A stretch of 62,070 nt of DNA from a virus (taxonomy: Duplodnaviria > Caudoviricetes): positions 1 to 62,070 of the IMG/VR virus record IMGVR_UViG_3300034063_001003. The stretch is one strand, 5' to 3'. Shown here piece after piece: positions 35,082-45,291 of the stretch (positions within the stretch are counted from its first letter, which is position 1; every line of letters starts with the position of its first letter). A program made the position numbers and the translations under genes. The notes beneath the pieces were generated by a model. The model was given only the letters and a program-made list of their open reading frames with translations. It ran no database searches and was not told the origin of the DNA.

Positions 35082-35743
35082 CCACCTCCGGCACCACCAC
35101 CTTCGACCTAGCGATCGACGACTTGGTCGAGGAAGCGTTTGAACGCTGCGGCATTCGAGCAACGAGCGGCTATCAGCTCAACTCGGCTCGCCGTTCGCTC
35201 AACCTGCTATTCCTCGACTGGGCCAATCGTGGGTTGAACCTGTGGACGATCGAGCAGGCGACCTACGCGTTGACCCAGGGGGTCAACGAGATTAACCTGC
35301 CGACCGACACGGTCAATGTGCTCGAGGCCGTCATTCGACAGAACAGCCAAGGCATCAACACTGACGTCTACATCGAGCGCATTAGCCGAGAAGACTGGCT
35401 TAACGTGCCCGACAAGACAACGCAGGCACGGCCTGCGCAGTTCTACGTCCAGCGGGACAACGCCCCCAAGGCCTTCTTCTATCCGGCCGCCGACCAAAAC
35501 TACACGTTCGTGTACTACCGCATCCGCCGCATTCAGGATGCGGGGGCGTACACCAACACCTCGGACGTTAACTTCCGGTTCCTGCCTTGCCTGGCGTCTG
35601 GCTTGTCCTACTACCTGTCCCTGAAGTTCGCCCCTGACCGTGGCGCCGCGTTGAAGGCGATCTACGAAGAGGACTTCCAGCGCGCTGCCTTGGAAGATCG
35701 CGACACCGCCAGCGTCCAGTTTGTGCCGGACATGGGGGTATGA
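35078..35743 (+). CDS. Head-tail adaptor-like protein
   Basis: MTTSGTTTF...EEAFERCG...ARRSLNL...WANRGLNLWT; context. Confidence 0.7.
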   Translation: MTTSGTTTFDLAIDDLVEEAFERCGIRATSGYQLNSARRSLNLLFLDWANRGLNLWTIEQATYALTQGVNEINLPTDTVNVLEAVIRQNSQGINTDVYIERISREDWLNVPDKTTQARPAQFYVQRDNAPKAFFYPAADQNYTFVYYRIRRIQDAGAYTNTSDVNFRFLPCLASGLSYYLSLKFAPDRGAALKAIYEEDFQRAALEDRDTASVQFVPDMGV

Positions 35744-35744
35744 C

Positions 35745-36095
35745 ATGGCATTTGCATCCGGCAAGTTCTCGTATGGCTTGTGCGACTACTGCGGCCAGCG
35801 GTACGCGTACAACACCCTGCGCAAGAACTGGCAGGGGTACATGGTTTGCCCGGACGACTACGAGCCCAAAGAGCCGCAACTGGAGCCTCTGCGCTACCGG
35901 GGCGACGCGATCGCACTGCGCGATCCGCGTCCCGACCGCATCGAGCCAGTGTCCGTGTTCGTCGGTGCGCCAGGCTTCACCGCTTTCCAGAGCTACGGCA
36001 GCGCCCGTGGCACAAATGACATGCGGCCCTACGTGGAGGGCCAGGCTCTCATCGCCCAGGGCGTCGTCGGGTCCGTCACAGTGAGCACATCATGA
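35745..36095 (+). CDS. Conserved neck-region protein with CxxC
   Basis: ASGKFSYGLCDYCGQRY...EPKEPQLEP. Confidence 0.7.
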   Translation: MAFASGKFSYGLCDYCGQRYAYNTLRKNWQGYMVCPDDYEPKEPQLEPLRYRGDAIALRDPRPDRIEPVSVFVGAPGFTAFQSYGSARGTNDMRPYVEGQALIAQGVVGSVTVSTS

Positions 36096-36748
36096 CCTAC
36101 GACGAGCTTGTCACCAACATCCGCAACTACACCGAGGTGGACGCCAATGTGTTCTCCAACTCGGTGATCAACACGTTCATCACGATGGCGGAGAACCAGA
36201 TTCTCCGTGAGATCGATCTGGACGTGTTCAAGCTCGAAGTCGCCGGCAGCATGACTTCGGGCAACAAGTTTCTGACTGCTCCATCGGACATCCTGACCCA
36301 TCGCTACTTGATGATCACCGTGGACGGCAAGCAGGTCTTTTTGGACTTTCGCGACACGTCCTTCATGAAGGAGTACTGGGCGGACGGCACTGCCACCGGC
36401 GTGCCCAAGTACTACTCCGTGTGGGACCAGAACACGTTCTACATTGCCCCCACGCCTGCGCAGAACTACACGGCTGAGATGGGCTACATCTACCGCCCGG
36501 CCCAGCTCTCGCCTGCTGCGCCAACCACGTGGATCAGCACCAATGCCCCTGAGGCGTTGCTGTACGCCTGCTTGATTCAGGCCTACAGCTACACCAAGGG
36601 CCCGTTGGAGATGCTACAGTACTTCCGTCAGTCGTACAAAGAAGCGATCCAAGGCCTGGGTGTCGAGCAGCAGGGCCGTCGTCGTCGCGATGAGTACCGC
36701 GATGGCATGCTTCGCATTCCCCTTAAATCGGAGTCACCTGGACCATGA
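36092..36748 (+). CDS. Head-tail adaptor / connector protein
   Basis: MTYDELV..I..Y.E; PTP; LLYACLIQAYSYTKG. Confidence 0.7.
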   Translation: MTYDELVTNIRNYTEVDANVFSNSVINTFITMAENQILREIDLDVFKLEVAGSMTSGNKFLTAPSDILTHRYLMITVDGKQVFLDFRDTSFMKEYWADGTATGVPKYYSVWDQNTFYIAPTPAQNYTAEMGYIYRPAQLSPAAPTTWISTNAPEALLYACLIQAYSYTKGPLEMLQYFRQSYKEAIQGLGVEQQGRRRRDEYRDGMLRIPLKSESPGP

Positions 36749-37032
36749 TCTCTGTGCAATCACCCGTCCTCGTTGGAGGCGTACAAGTCGAAACTACTGC
36801 CCATCGTGGGTGGTCTGTCGAGGAGCTCGCGCAGCGGGCCGCCGACAAGATCATTTACGTGGGCGATCAGTCGCACCCGGCGGTGCGCGAGCAGGCCCGC
36901 GCTTTCAAAGAGAGCGTCAAAGGCGTGGTCGCGTTCTACCTTCGGGAGGCGGTTGAGCAGGATCGACTCACGCTGGCCAATCGTCTGCGCGAGGCGGGCT
37001 ACCCGGACCTGGTCCACCTATTAGGAGAGTAA
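36745..37032 (+). CDS. Conserved hypothetical virion protein
   Basis: VETT.HRGWSVEELA...HPAVREQARAFK. Confidence 0.7.
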   Translation: MISVQSPVLVGGVQVETTAHRGWSVEELAQRAADKIIYVGDQSHPAVREQARAFKESVKGVVAFYLREAVEQDRLTLANRLREAGYPDLVHLLGE

Positions 37033-37034
37033 TC

Positions 37035-37472
37035 ATGGCATTCAGCGGCAACTACATGTGCACCAGCTTCAAAGTGGAGCTGATGCGCGCGGTGCACAAC
37101 TTCACGACGAGCACCGGCAACACCTTCAAGCTGGCTCTGTACGACAACACCCCGTCGTTCACGGCCGCAACGACCGCCTACACCAGCTCGGGCGAGGTCG
37201 CCAACTCTGGCACCTACTCTGCTAGCGGCGGCGCGCTGACCAACGTCACGCCCACGAGCTCGGGAACCACTGCGTTCACCGATTTCGCGGACTTGTCGTT
37301 CACCAGTGCGACCATCACGGCCTATGGCGCGATGATCTACAACGACTCAGCAGCGGGCGACCCGGCTGTCTGTATCTTGGACTTTGGCGGGGCCAAAACC
37401 TCGACCAACGGCACGTTCACGATCATCTTCCCGACCGCTGACGCAACCAGTGCGATCATCCGCATCGCGTAA
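37035..37472 (+). CDS. Tail / fibre-associated structural protein
   Basis: CTSFKVELM..HNF...FKLALY...LDFGGAKTSTNGTFTIIFP. Confidence 0.7.
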   Translation: MAFSGNYMCTSFKVELMRAVHNFTTSTGNTFKLALYDNTPSFTAATTAYTSSGEVANSGTYSASGGALTNVTPTSSGTTAFTDFADLSFTSATITAYGAMIYNDSAAGDPAVCILDFGGAKTSTNGTFTIIFPTADATSAIIRIA

Positions 37473-37481
37473 GGAACGTAG

Positions 37482-38993
37482 GTGGCAGATGCAACCGTTG
37501 CGTTCCAAGGATGGAATGCCTCCGGCGTAGGCTGGGGTGAAGACCCCTGGGGGGAAAGCCTTGCCAGCTTACCCACCGGGACAGGTCAGGTTGGGTCTGT
37601 AGCGATCTCGGCCGATGCCAACGTCACGCTGACGGGGGTATCGGCCTCGGCACTTCTGGGCCAGGTGACGGTCACGGGGGATGCTAATGTCCTGGTAACC
37701 GGTGTGCAGGCCTCCGGCGCGGTGGGAACCGTGGCCGTTACAGGGGACGCCAACGTCCTCCCGACGGGTGTGCAGGGCACGGGCGCGGTGGGAACCGTGG
37801 CCGTTACTGGGGACGCCAACGTCCTCCCGACGGGTGTTCAGGGCGCTGGCGCGGTCGGCACCGTTGTGGTGGCCGCCGATGCCAACGTCACGCTGACGGG
37901 GGTATCGGCCTCGGCACTTCTGGGCCAGGTGACGGTCACCGCGAATGCGGACGTCCCGGTCACCGGGGTGTCTGCTTCCGGCGCGGTGGGAACCGTGGCC
38001 GTTACAGGGGACGCCAACGTCCTCCCGACGGGTGTGCAGGGCACGGGTGCAGTCGGCACCGTCGTGGTGGCAGCCGATGCCAATGTCACGCTGACGGGGG
38101 TATCGGCCTCGGCACTTCTGGGCCAGGTGACGGTCACGGGGGACGCCAACGTCCTCCCGACGGGTGTGCAGGGCACGGGCGCGGTCGGCACCGTTGTGGT
38201 GGCAGCCGATGCCAATGTTACGCTGACGGGGGTATCGGCCTCGGCACTTCTGGGCCAGGTCACGGTAACCGTAACCGCCAACGCGGACGTGCTGGTCACC
38301 GGTGTCTCGGCCACGGGCCAGGTTGGCCAAGTGGCCATGACGGGCGACGCCAACGTCCTCCCGACGGGTGTGCAGGGCGCTGGCGCGGTCGGCACCGTCG
38401 TGGTGGCAGCCGATGCCAATGTGACGGTCACCGGCGTCCAGGGCACGATGCAACTGGGCCAGGTCACGGTAACCGCCAACGCGGACGTGCTGGTCACCGG
38501 TGTCTCGGCCACGGGCCAGGTTGGCCAAGTGGCCATGACGGGCGACGCCAACGTACTGGTCACCGGCGTGTCCGGAACCATGCAGTTGGGCAGCGTGACG
38601 ATTGCGGCCAATGCCGACGTCTACGTCTACGTCACTGGCGTGCAGGCGACCGGCCAGGTTGGCAGCGTTAGCACCACGGGCAATGCCAGTGTCACGTTGA
38701 CAGGTGTGTCCGCCTCAGGTGCCGTTGGCACCGTGGTCGTTGATGCGAGCGGCAATGTCAATGTCACGGGCTTGCAAGCAACCGCCAGTGTTGGCAGTGT
38801 CACCGTGGCAGCCAATGCCGACGTGTACCTTACGGGCGTGTCCGCTCAGGGGCAGGTCGGCTCGGTACTGGTCTGGGGCGTGATTGATGACAACCAGACC
38901 CCCAACTGGCAAAATGTGGATGACTCCCAAGCTGAAAATTGGGTGGTTGTCAATGACGGCAACACAGTGACCTGGACACGGGTCACGACGTAA
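37482..38993 (+). CDS. Structural protein with about 20 tandem 22-aa Val/Thr/Gly repeats
   Basis: ANVxxTGVxxxGxVGxVxVxxD units with near-identical 66-bp DNA repeats. Confidence 0.8.
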   Translation: MADATVAFQGWNASGVGWGEDPWGESLASLPTGTGQVGSVAISADANVTLTGVSASALLGQVTVTGDANVLVTGVQASGAVGTVAVTGDANVLPTGVQGTGAVGTVAVTGDANVLPTGVQGAGAVGTVVVAADANVTLTGVSASALLGQVTVTANADVPVTGVSASGAVGTVAVTGDANVLPTGVQGTGAVGTVVVAADANVTLTGVSASALLGQVTVTGDANVLPTGVQGTGAVGTVVVAADANVTLTGVSASALLGQVTVTVTANADVLVTGVSATGQVGQVAMTGDANVLPTGVQGAGAVGTVVVAADANVTVTGVQGTMQLGQVTVTANADVLVTGVSATGQVGQVAMTGDANVLVTGVSGTMQLGSVTIAANADVYVYVTGVQATGQVGSVSTTGNASVTLTGVSASGAVGTVVVDASGNVNVTGLQATASVGSVTVAANADVYLTGVSAQGQVGSVLVWGVIDDNQTPNWQNVDDSQAENWVVVNDGNTVTWTRVTT

Positions 38994-39004
38994 AGGAACT
39001 GAAG

Positions 39005-42000
39005 ATGCCAAGCACCTACTCCAGCAATCTAAAACTTGAGCTGATGGCCACGGGTGAAAACTCGGGTACCTGGGGCAACATCACCAATACCAACCTTGGC
39101 ACAGCAGTCGAGCAAGCTATCGTCGGCTACGGCAATCCGAATTACGCGTCTGATGCCAACCTGACGATCTCGATCACCAACAGCAACGCAGCGCAGGCCG
39201 CGCGTGCGCTGGTGCTCAACGTGACGTCCTCGCTGAGTCTGACGGGTACTCGCGAGCTGGTGGTCCCGACCATCGAGAAGCAGTACATCGTCCAGAACAA
39301 CACCACGGGCTCGCAGAGCATCACGGTGAAGACCTCGGCCGGCACCGGCATCACTGTGCCCAACGGCCGCAAGGCGCACCTATACGTGGATGGCACGAAC
39401 GTCATCCAGATGTTCGACTTCGTGGACATCAACGGCGGCACGATTGACGGCACGGCCATTGGTGGCAGCTCGGCTGCAGCAGGCTCGTTCACCACGCTTG
39501 GTGCTTCTGGTGCTGCGACCTTCAACGGCGCGGTGACCTTGGGTGATGCGGCAGCCGACAACATCACGTTCAACGGAACCATCACCTCACACCTACTCTT
39601 CACCGACAACACCTACGACATTGGCGCGAGCGGTGCGACGCGGCCCCGGAACCTGTTCTTGGCCGGCAACGCGACGGTAGGCGGCAACCTGAGCGTCGGC
39701 GGCACGCTGACCTTGACGGGCGGCGTGAACCTGAACGGTAACGTGACCGTGGGCGACAGCTCGGCGGACACGCTGACGATCAACGCCACGATCACGAGCA
39801 ACCTGCTGTTCACCGACAACACCTACGACATCGGTGCCAGTGGCGCGACGCGCCCGCGCAACCTGTTCCTGGCCGGCAACGCGACCATCGGTGGCAACAC
39901 CACGATGACCGGCACGCTGACCGTGGACAGCACGACCGATTCCAGCAGCACGACCACCGGCTCGATCCAAACGGACGGTGGCCTGGGCGTGGCTAAGGCA
40001 CTGTACGTCGGTACCACGGCCAACATTGCAGGGGCCGTGACCCTTTCAGGCGGCACCGCCAACGGCGTGGCCTACCTCAACGGCAGCAAAGTCCTGACCA
40101 CTGGGTCTGCGCTGACGTTTGATGGGACGAATCTTGCCACGACCGGGACGGCTAGCGCAACGAAACTGATCCCGACCGGCGGCACGGCAACCGGCAACGG
40201 GATGTATCTGCCTTCGGCCAATACGCTTGGGTTCAGCACGAACGGCGTGTTGAATATGTCGCTCGACTCCTCCGGCAACCTAGGCCTGGGGGTGACGCCG
40301 AGTGCTTGGTATCCCGCTGTTTACACGGTGATGGATGTTGGTGCGGCATCATCCTTTGGAGGTTTTGCCTCTGGCGCATCTGGCGATGAGTTGTCTTTCA
40401 TGGCAACAAATACCTTTTTTAACAGTTCTAATAATCCAATTTATAAGGCAAACGGATTAGCGTCAAATTACCGTCAGTTCAATGGCGTTCACCAATGGTT
40501 CAACGCCCCCTCCGGCACCGCAGGCAATGCGATCACCTTCACGCAGGCGATGACGCTGGATGCGAGTGGGAATTTGGGTATTGGCATTACAATCCCGACT
40601 GTTAAATTGGATGTTCAAGCAGCTAATGTCGCAGCAACTGGTGATGCTACTCCACTAAGACTTTATCAAGATGGGGATGGCGGTGTCGCAATGCTGTTTA
40701 CAAACAACGTATCCAATTTGGTGCGTCTTGCTGGAACAGTAACGTCAGGTGGTGCTGGCACAAACGATGGTGTATTTACCATTCAAACTGCATCAGAGGG
40801 GACATTGGCCGAACGTATGCGCCTCGACTCCTCCGGCAACCTGGGTATTGGGACGAGTTCGCCTTCAAGCGGCTCAAACCCCGGCAAATTGGCGGTTCAG
40901 TCAACACAAGACTTTGGTATTTCAATTTACAGAAGTGCCACAAGCCCTTCGCAGATTGCTTTCTTGGACAACAACAATAGCTGTGCCATCGGAACAGACG
41001 GCAACAGCAATATGGTGTTTCTCAACAACAGCAGAACCACCGAACGCATGCGCCTCGACTCTTCAGGCAACCTGGGTATTGGGACGAGTTCGCCAGCTTA
41101 TAAGTTGGATGTTAGCGGAAGTGCGTTTGCGTCTAACTGGTATGGCCCTCAAACAGCATTTACTGTCGGAACGGTAGGTGGCGGCGTTGGTCTTATTGGC
41201 TACGGGTCAACTGGGGTAGGCGGATTAACAAACACACTGCTGTTTCAAGCTAATGGCGAAAAGATGCGCCTCGACTCCTCCGGCAACCTGGGCCTGGGGG
41301 TGACGCCGAGTGCTTGGCGCTCTGTTTTTAGGGCTTCACAGATTGGTCTTGGTGGCGCGGTTGCAGCCAGGACAGACAACAGCGCAATAAACCTGTCATC
41401 CAACTGGTATGAAGACAGCGGCGGCACGGACCGCTACATCAACACCGCCGCAGCTACGCGCTATCTACAGTTCAGCGGCGCACACTCTTGGTACACCGCC
41501 GCTTCCGGCACCGCAGGCAACGCGATCACGTTCACGCAGGCGATGACGCTGAATGCGAGTGGGAGACTGCAACTTGGAGCAACAGTCCCCGGTACATTTG
41601 ATATGGCTATTTTGTCCGGCACAGATGCAACGGCAAACGATTTAACTTTGTATGGTCCGTCTACGGCTCAAATCCGTTTGCAGTTTTCCCGTTCTGGTGG
41701 AACTGGTCGCGGCGAAGTTGGCTATGATATGGCTAACGATGTTATGCGCTTTGTGACTTCCGGCTCCGAACGCGCCCGCATCACGAGCGGGGGGAAAATG
41801 CTGGTTGGGACAACTAGCACATCTGGCACCCTTACTGTTGATGGTGTTGATGCGGTTTCAACGGGTAGCGCAAACACCTATGCAATAACCTGCGGTAACG
41901 ATGCCGCAGATGCGCTTGCTTTTGGTTCTGATGCTTCATTTGCTTTTATGCAAAGTTTTGGAAGCAGGGCATTAGTTATTAATTTCCAAGGTAACGAAGT

Positions 42001-42403
42001 CCGTGTTGCCGGTAGTACCGACCAAGGCGCTTACAACCTGCAAGTCAACGGCACAGGCGTGTGGGGCGCTGGCGCATACGTTAATGGCTCCGACGAGCGC
42101 CTGAAAGAAGACATCGCCACTATTGACGCTGCGCTTGATGTTGTCACTTCTTTGCGGCCTGTCACGTTCCGCTACAAAGAAGCGTACAGCAAAGACCAAA
42201 GCATTCAGCCCGGATTTATCGCGCAGGAACTTCAGGCCGCAATGGCTGGTAAGTCGTATCTTGGCGGCATCGTGCAAGAGGGGCCGCAACATCTGAATGT
42301 TGCATATCAATCCTTAATCCCACTTCTGACCAAAGCCATCCAAGAGCAGCAAGCTCTCATCCAAACCCTGACCGCCCGTGTGGCACAACTTGAAGGAAAG
42401 TAA
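39005..42403 (+). CDS. Tail fibre with C-terminal peptidase S74 intramolecular chaperone
   Basis: Repeated MRLDSSGNLGIG modules; SDERLKEDI...LRPVTFRY...GFIAQE...LTKAIQE. Confidence 0.9.
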   Translation: MPSTYSSNLKLELMATGENSGTWGNITNTNLGTAVEQAIVGYGNPNYASDANLTISITNSNAAQAARALVLNVTSSLSLTGTRELVVPTIEKQYIVQNNTTGSQSITVKTSAGTGITVPNGRKAHLYVDGTNVIQMFDFVDINGGTIDGTAIGGSSAAAGSFTTLGASGAATFNGAVTLGDAAADNITFNGTITSHLLFTDNTYDIGASGATRPRNLFLAGNATVGGNLSVGGTLTLTGGVNLNGNVTVGDSSADTLTINATITSNLLFTDNTYDIGASGATRPRNLFLAGNATIGGNTTMTGTLTVDSTTDSSSTTTGSIQTDGGLGVAKALYVGTTANIAGAVTLSGGTANGVAYLNGSKVLTTGSALTFDGTNLATTGTASATKLIPTGGTATGNGMYLPSANTLGFSTNGVLNMSLDSSGNLGLGVTPSAWYPAVYTVMDVGAASSFGGFASGASGDELSFMATNTFFNSSNNPIYKANGLASNYRQFNGVHQWFNAPSGTAGNAITFTQAMTLDASGNLGIGITIPTVKLDVQAANVAATGDATPLRLYQDGDGGVAMLFTNNVSNLVRLAGTVTSGGAGTNDGVFTIQTASEGTLAERMRLDSSGNLGIGTSSPSSGSNPGKLAVQSTQDFGISIYRSATSPSQIAFLDNNNSCAIGTDGNSNMVFLNNSRTTERMRLDSSGNLGIGTSSPAYKLDVSGSAFASNWYGPQTAFTVGTVGGGVGLIGYGSTGVGGLTNTLLFQANGEKMRLDSSGNLGLGVTPSAWRSVFRASQIGLGGAVAARTDNSAINLSSNWYEDSGGTDRYINTAAATRYLQFSGAHSWYTAASGTAGNAITFTQAMTLNASGRLQLGATVPGTFDMAILSGTDATANDLTLYGPSTAQIRLQFSRSGGTGRGEVGYDMANDVMRFVTSGSERARITSGGKMLVGTTSTSGTLTVDGVDAVSTGSANTYAITCGNDAADALAFGSDASFAFMQSFGSRALVINFQGNEVRVAGSTDQGAYNLQVNGTGVWGAGAYVNGSDERLKEDIATIDAALDVVTSLRPVTFRYKEAYSKDQSIQPGFIAQELQAAMAGKSYLGGIVQEGPQHLNVAYQSLIPLLTKAIQEQQALIQTLTARVAQLEGK

Positions 42404-42406
42404 ATC

Positions 42407-42727
42407 ATGACTACTATCACATGGACAATCACTGCGATGGACTGCTATCCGCAAGAGGGTGGCAACACCGATGTCGTGTTCAATGTCCACTGGACATGCG
42501 CTGGCACTGACGGCACATACAACGCCTCTGTGTACTCCACCTGTGCTGTTCCCGCGCCGACTGGCTCCGCCTTCACGCCCTACGCCAACCTGACTCAAGA
42601 GCAAGTCTTGGGCTGGATTTGGGCTGACGGGGTGGACAAAGCAGTCACAGAAGCTGCCGTGCAGCAGCAGATCAACAACCAGATCAACCCTCCGGTGGTT
42701 ACGCCCCCGCTGCCTTGGGCGGCATAA
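42407..42727 (+). CDS. Tail-fibre-associated small protein
   Basis: VVFNVHW...FTPYANLTQEQVLGW...PLPW. Confidence 0.7.
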   Translation: MTTITWTITAMDCYPQEGGNTDVVFNVHWTCAGTDGTYNASVYSTCAVPAPTGSAFTPYANLTQEQVLGWIWADGVDKAVTEAAVQQQINNQINPPVVTPPLPWAA

Positions 42728-42779
42728 TGCGTATGGGGTTCCATCGCTGCCCCATCTCAGCGATGCTTTGGAGATATCC

Positions 42780-42965
42780 ATGAATGACGAAGTGAAAGTG
42801 TCCCTGCCCCTCATCAACGGCATCCTGGGCTACCTGGGTACGCGCCCCTACGGCGAAGTGTTCCAGTTGGTCAATGCCATCCACGGTGAAGTGCAGCCAC
42901 AAATCCCGATGCCCGAGATGGCAAAGACCGATGAAGCTGCAAAGCCCGTCACGGACGCTGCCTGA
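42780..42965 (+). CDS. Hypothetical protein
   Basis: GGAG RBS; LGTRPYGEVFQL motif. Confidence 0.65.
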   Translation: MNDEVKVSLPLINGILGYLGTRPYGEVFQLVNAIHGEVQPQIPMPEMAKTDEAAKPVTDAA

Positions 42966-43143
42966 CGGCAGTATCGAGCCCGCACACGCCATAGAGGTCC
43001 TCTGTGGCGCGTGTGGCTACGACCTCGACCAGGCCGAGTTGGATGCAGACGCCTGCTCCGACTGCGGCCAGCCACTGAACCTCGCCCGTTCGGTGGCCAT
43101 TGAGATCACGACGGTTCCTGCTGCATCGGGGGCCACGATGTAA
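42931..43143 (+). CDS. Small zinc-ribbon protein
   Basis: CGAC...CSDC. Confidence 0.55.
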   Translation: MKLQSPSRTLPDGSIEPAHAIEVLCGACGYDLDQAELDADACSDCGQPLNLARSVAIEITTVPAASGATM

Positions 43144-43153
43144 TCAGGAAGCC

Positions 43154-43633
43154 ATGATTGATCCAATCACCGCCCTTGCTGCCGTCTCTTCTGCGGTCAA
43201 CCTGGTCAAAAAGGCCGTCAAGACTGTGCAGGATGTGCAGTCATTGGGGCCTGTTCTAGGCCAGTATTTCGACGCCAAGGCCCAGGCCATTGAGGTCGTT
43301 GAAAAGGCTAAAACCGGTGGATTTAAGGGGTCGGCACTTGGCAAGGCATTGGAGCTGGAGCTTGCATTGGAGCAGGCGCGGGAGTTTGAGGAGCAGGTGA
43401 AGATGCTCTTCTTTCAGTCGAACAAGATGGACGTCTGGATGCGCATCACGGCCAGGGCCAAGCAGATGGAGGCCGATGCCGCCCGTGCTGAAGGCAAACG
43501 CAAAGCAGAGGCAAAGCGCAGACAAGCAGAAATCGACGATATGTTCTTGATCGGCATTGCGGTGCTGACCGCTGTGTTTGTTCTAGGAATCACCTTTTAC
43601 TTTGTGGTTAATGCGCTGCAACATCAGCTATGA
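43154..43633 (+). CDS. Membrane-anchored coiled-coil protein
   Basis: MIDPITALA N-terminus; C-terminal TM. Confidence 0.7.
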   Translation: MIDPITALAAVSSAVNLVKKAVKTVQDVQSLGPVLGQYFDAKAQAIEVVEKAKTGGFKGSALGKALELELALEQAREFEEQVKMLFFQSNKMDVWMRITARAKQMEADAARAEGKRKAEAKRRQAEIDDMFLIGIAVLTAVFVLGITFYFVVNALQHQL

Positions 43634-44244
43634 CCGAAAAGCTCAACGCCAACACCACCCTCGACAAGGTTTTGGGGTATGTGGACTCACCGTTCAAGCT
43701 GTTTGCGGTGATCCTGATGGCGGTGTTTGCGTTTGCCGGCTACGCTTTGTACGAGAGCCAGGAATTTATCCGCGACGCCTATAAGGAGTCGCAGAAGCTG
43801 CCGGAGATACGAACAGACCGGGCCGATGACGCAGCAACGATGCTGTTCAAGCAAACTGGTGCAACGGTGGTGGCGGTCTTCAAAGTCAACCCGCTGTTCA
43901 ACTCTCGGACGCTCTACAGAGCCTACACCAAAGATGGGCGAGACAAGACAATTGAGGATATTGACGTTGGCCTGTTCACGCATAACTCGTCGAATAACGC
44001 GGACGTTGTCAAGCTGATGACCAACGAGATTCCATGCGGCGAGTATCGTTACGCTCAATCAGAGGTTGGGCTTTGGTATCTTGAGAAGGGCGTGACGTAC
44101 ACCTGCCGGGTAAGCGTCCCGCCGGACTCGCATCGTTTCGTGGGACAGGTTACAGTTGGCTGGGCAGCGCAGCCGGCAAACCTAGAGCAGACAAAATTCA
44201 TGCTGGAGATTGCCAGCGCGATGTTAACTAAAAGGGGTGGGTAA
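43630..44244 (+). CDS. Membrane protein with periplasmic GAF-like region (lysis-region; T4 holin T-like architecture is a guess)
   Basis: One N-terminal TM then soluble domain with CRVSVPP...GQVTVGW. Confidence 0.55.
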   Translation: MTEKLNANTTLDKVLGYVDSPFKLFAVILMAVFAFAGYALYESQEFIRDAYKESQKLPEIRTDRADDAATMLFKQTGATVVAVFKVNPLFNSRTLYRAYTKDGRDKTIEDIDVGLFTHNSSNNADVVKLMTNEIPCGEYRYAQSEVGLWYLEKGVTYTCRVSVPPDSHRFVGQVTVGWAAQPANLEQTKFMLEIASAMLTKRGG

Positions 44245-44747
44245 TGCTTTCACTGATTTCGACTCTCGGCGGCCTGCTGATCAGCGGCCTGCCCAAACTG
44301 CTTGAGTTCTTTCAGAACAAGAGCGACCAGAAGCACGAGCTTGCCCTTGCGCGGCTCCAGAACGAGCGGGAGTTGGCCTTGGCAGCCCAGGGCTACGCCG
44401 CCCAGCAGAAGATTGAGGAAATCCGCACGGATCAGGTCATGATGCAGACCGAGGCGCAGATGACTGAGGCCGCGCTCAAGCATGACGAGCAGGTGCTGGA
44501 GAAGGCCCACAAATGGGTCGCCAGCTACGTCGGCACGGTGCGCCCGACCGTGACCTACATCTTCGTGATTGAGCTTGTCCTGATTAACGCCTTCATGGCG
44601 GTGTACCTGTGGAACCACCCGACACTGATTACCAGCATCGACGATGTGGTCAAGTACAGCAGCTTGATTTTCTCCAGCGACGAGATGGCCATGCTGGGCG
44701 CTGTGGTTGGGTACTGGTTTGGGACAAGGGGATGGGCCAAGAAATGA
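44244..44747 (+). CDS. Holin (3TM gene-transfer-release-like)
   Basis: VRPTVTY, TM segments, YWFGTR; next to lysozyme. Confidence 0.7.
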   Translation: MLSLISTLGGLLISGLPKLLEFFQNKSDQKHELALARLQNERELALAAQGYAAQQKIEEIRTDQVMMQTEAQMTEAALKHDEQVLEKAHKWVASYVGTVRPTVTYIFVIELVLINAFMAVYLWNHPTLITSIDDVVKYSSLIFSSDEMAMLGAVVGYWFGTRGWAKK

Positions 44748-45277
44748 TTGGTCTGTACGCTAAACTGAGCAAGGTCGGTGCTGACTTGATGCACAAGTAC
44801 GAGGGGTACAGAACCCGCCCGTACCTGTGCCCGGCGCACATTTGGACCATTGGCTACGGCCATGTGCTTTACCAAGAGCAGATCAGGCTCCCGATGTTCC
44901 GGCCAGAAGGGAAGACCAAAGCCGACATTCCTATGATTCGCAGTGAGTATCCGCTCAAGCCGGAGGACAATCGTGTCTGGACAAAGCAGGAAATTGACGA
45001 ACTATTCGCGCAGGATGTCGCGTCTTTTGAACGTGGTGTTCTTCGACTTGTTCCCGGCAGTGCTAGCCGTCAAGGCCGCTTTGACGCTCTGGTCAGTATT
45101 TCCTTCAATTTTGGGTTAGGTAACCTCCAGCGCAGCTCTATCCGTATCAAGGCAAATCGCGGAGAATGGGAGGGGGCGGCAGATGCCTTCCTGCTTTGGA
45201 ACAAGGGCGGAGGCAAGGTGTTGCCGGGCCTGGAGCGCCGTCGCAAAGACGAGCGCGCTCTCTTTTTGTCGACCTGA
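44744..45277 (+). CDS. Lysozyme (GH24 endolysin)
   Basis: YEG.R..PYLCPA..WTIGYGH, FDALVS.SFN.G.G, GGKVLPGLERRR..E. Confidence 0.92.
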   Translation: MIGLYAKLSKVGADLMHKYEGYRTRPYLCPAHIWTIGYGHVLYQEQIRLPMFRPEGKTKADIPMIRSEYPLKPEDNRVWTKQEIDELFAQDVASFERGVLRLVPGSASRQGRFDALVSISFNFGLGNLQRSSIRIKANRGEWEGAADAFLLWNKGGGKVLPGLERRRKDERALFLST

Positions 45278-45291
45278 CCGAGGAGCTTAAA

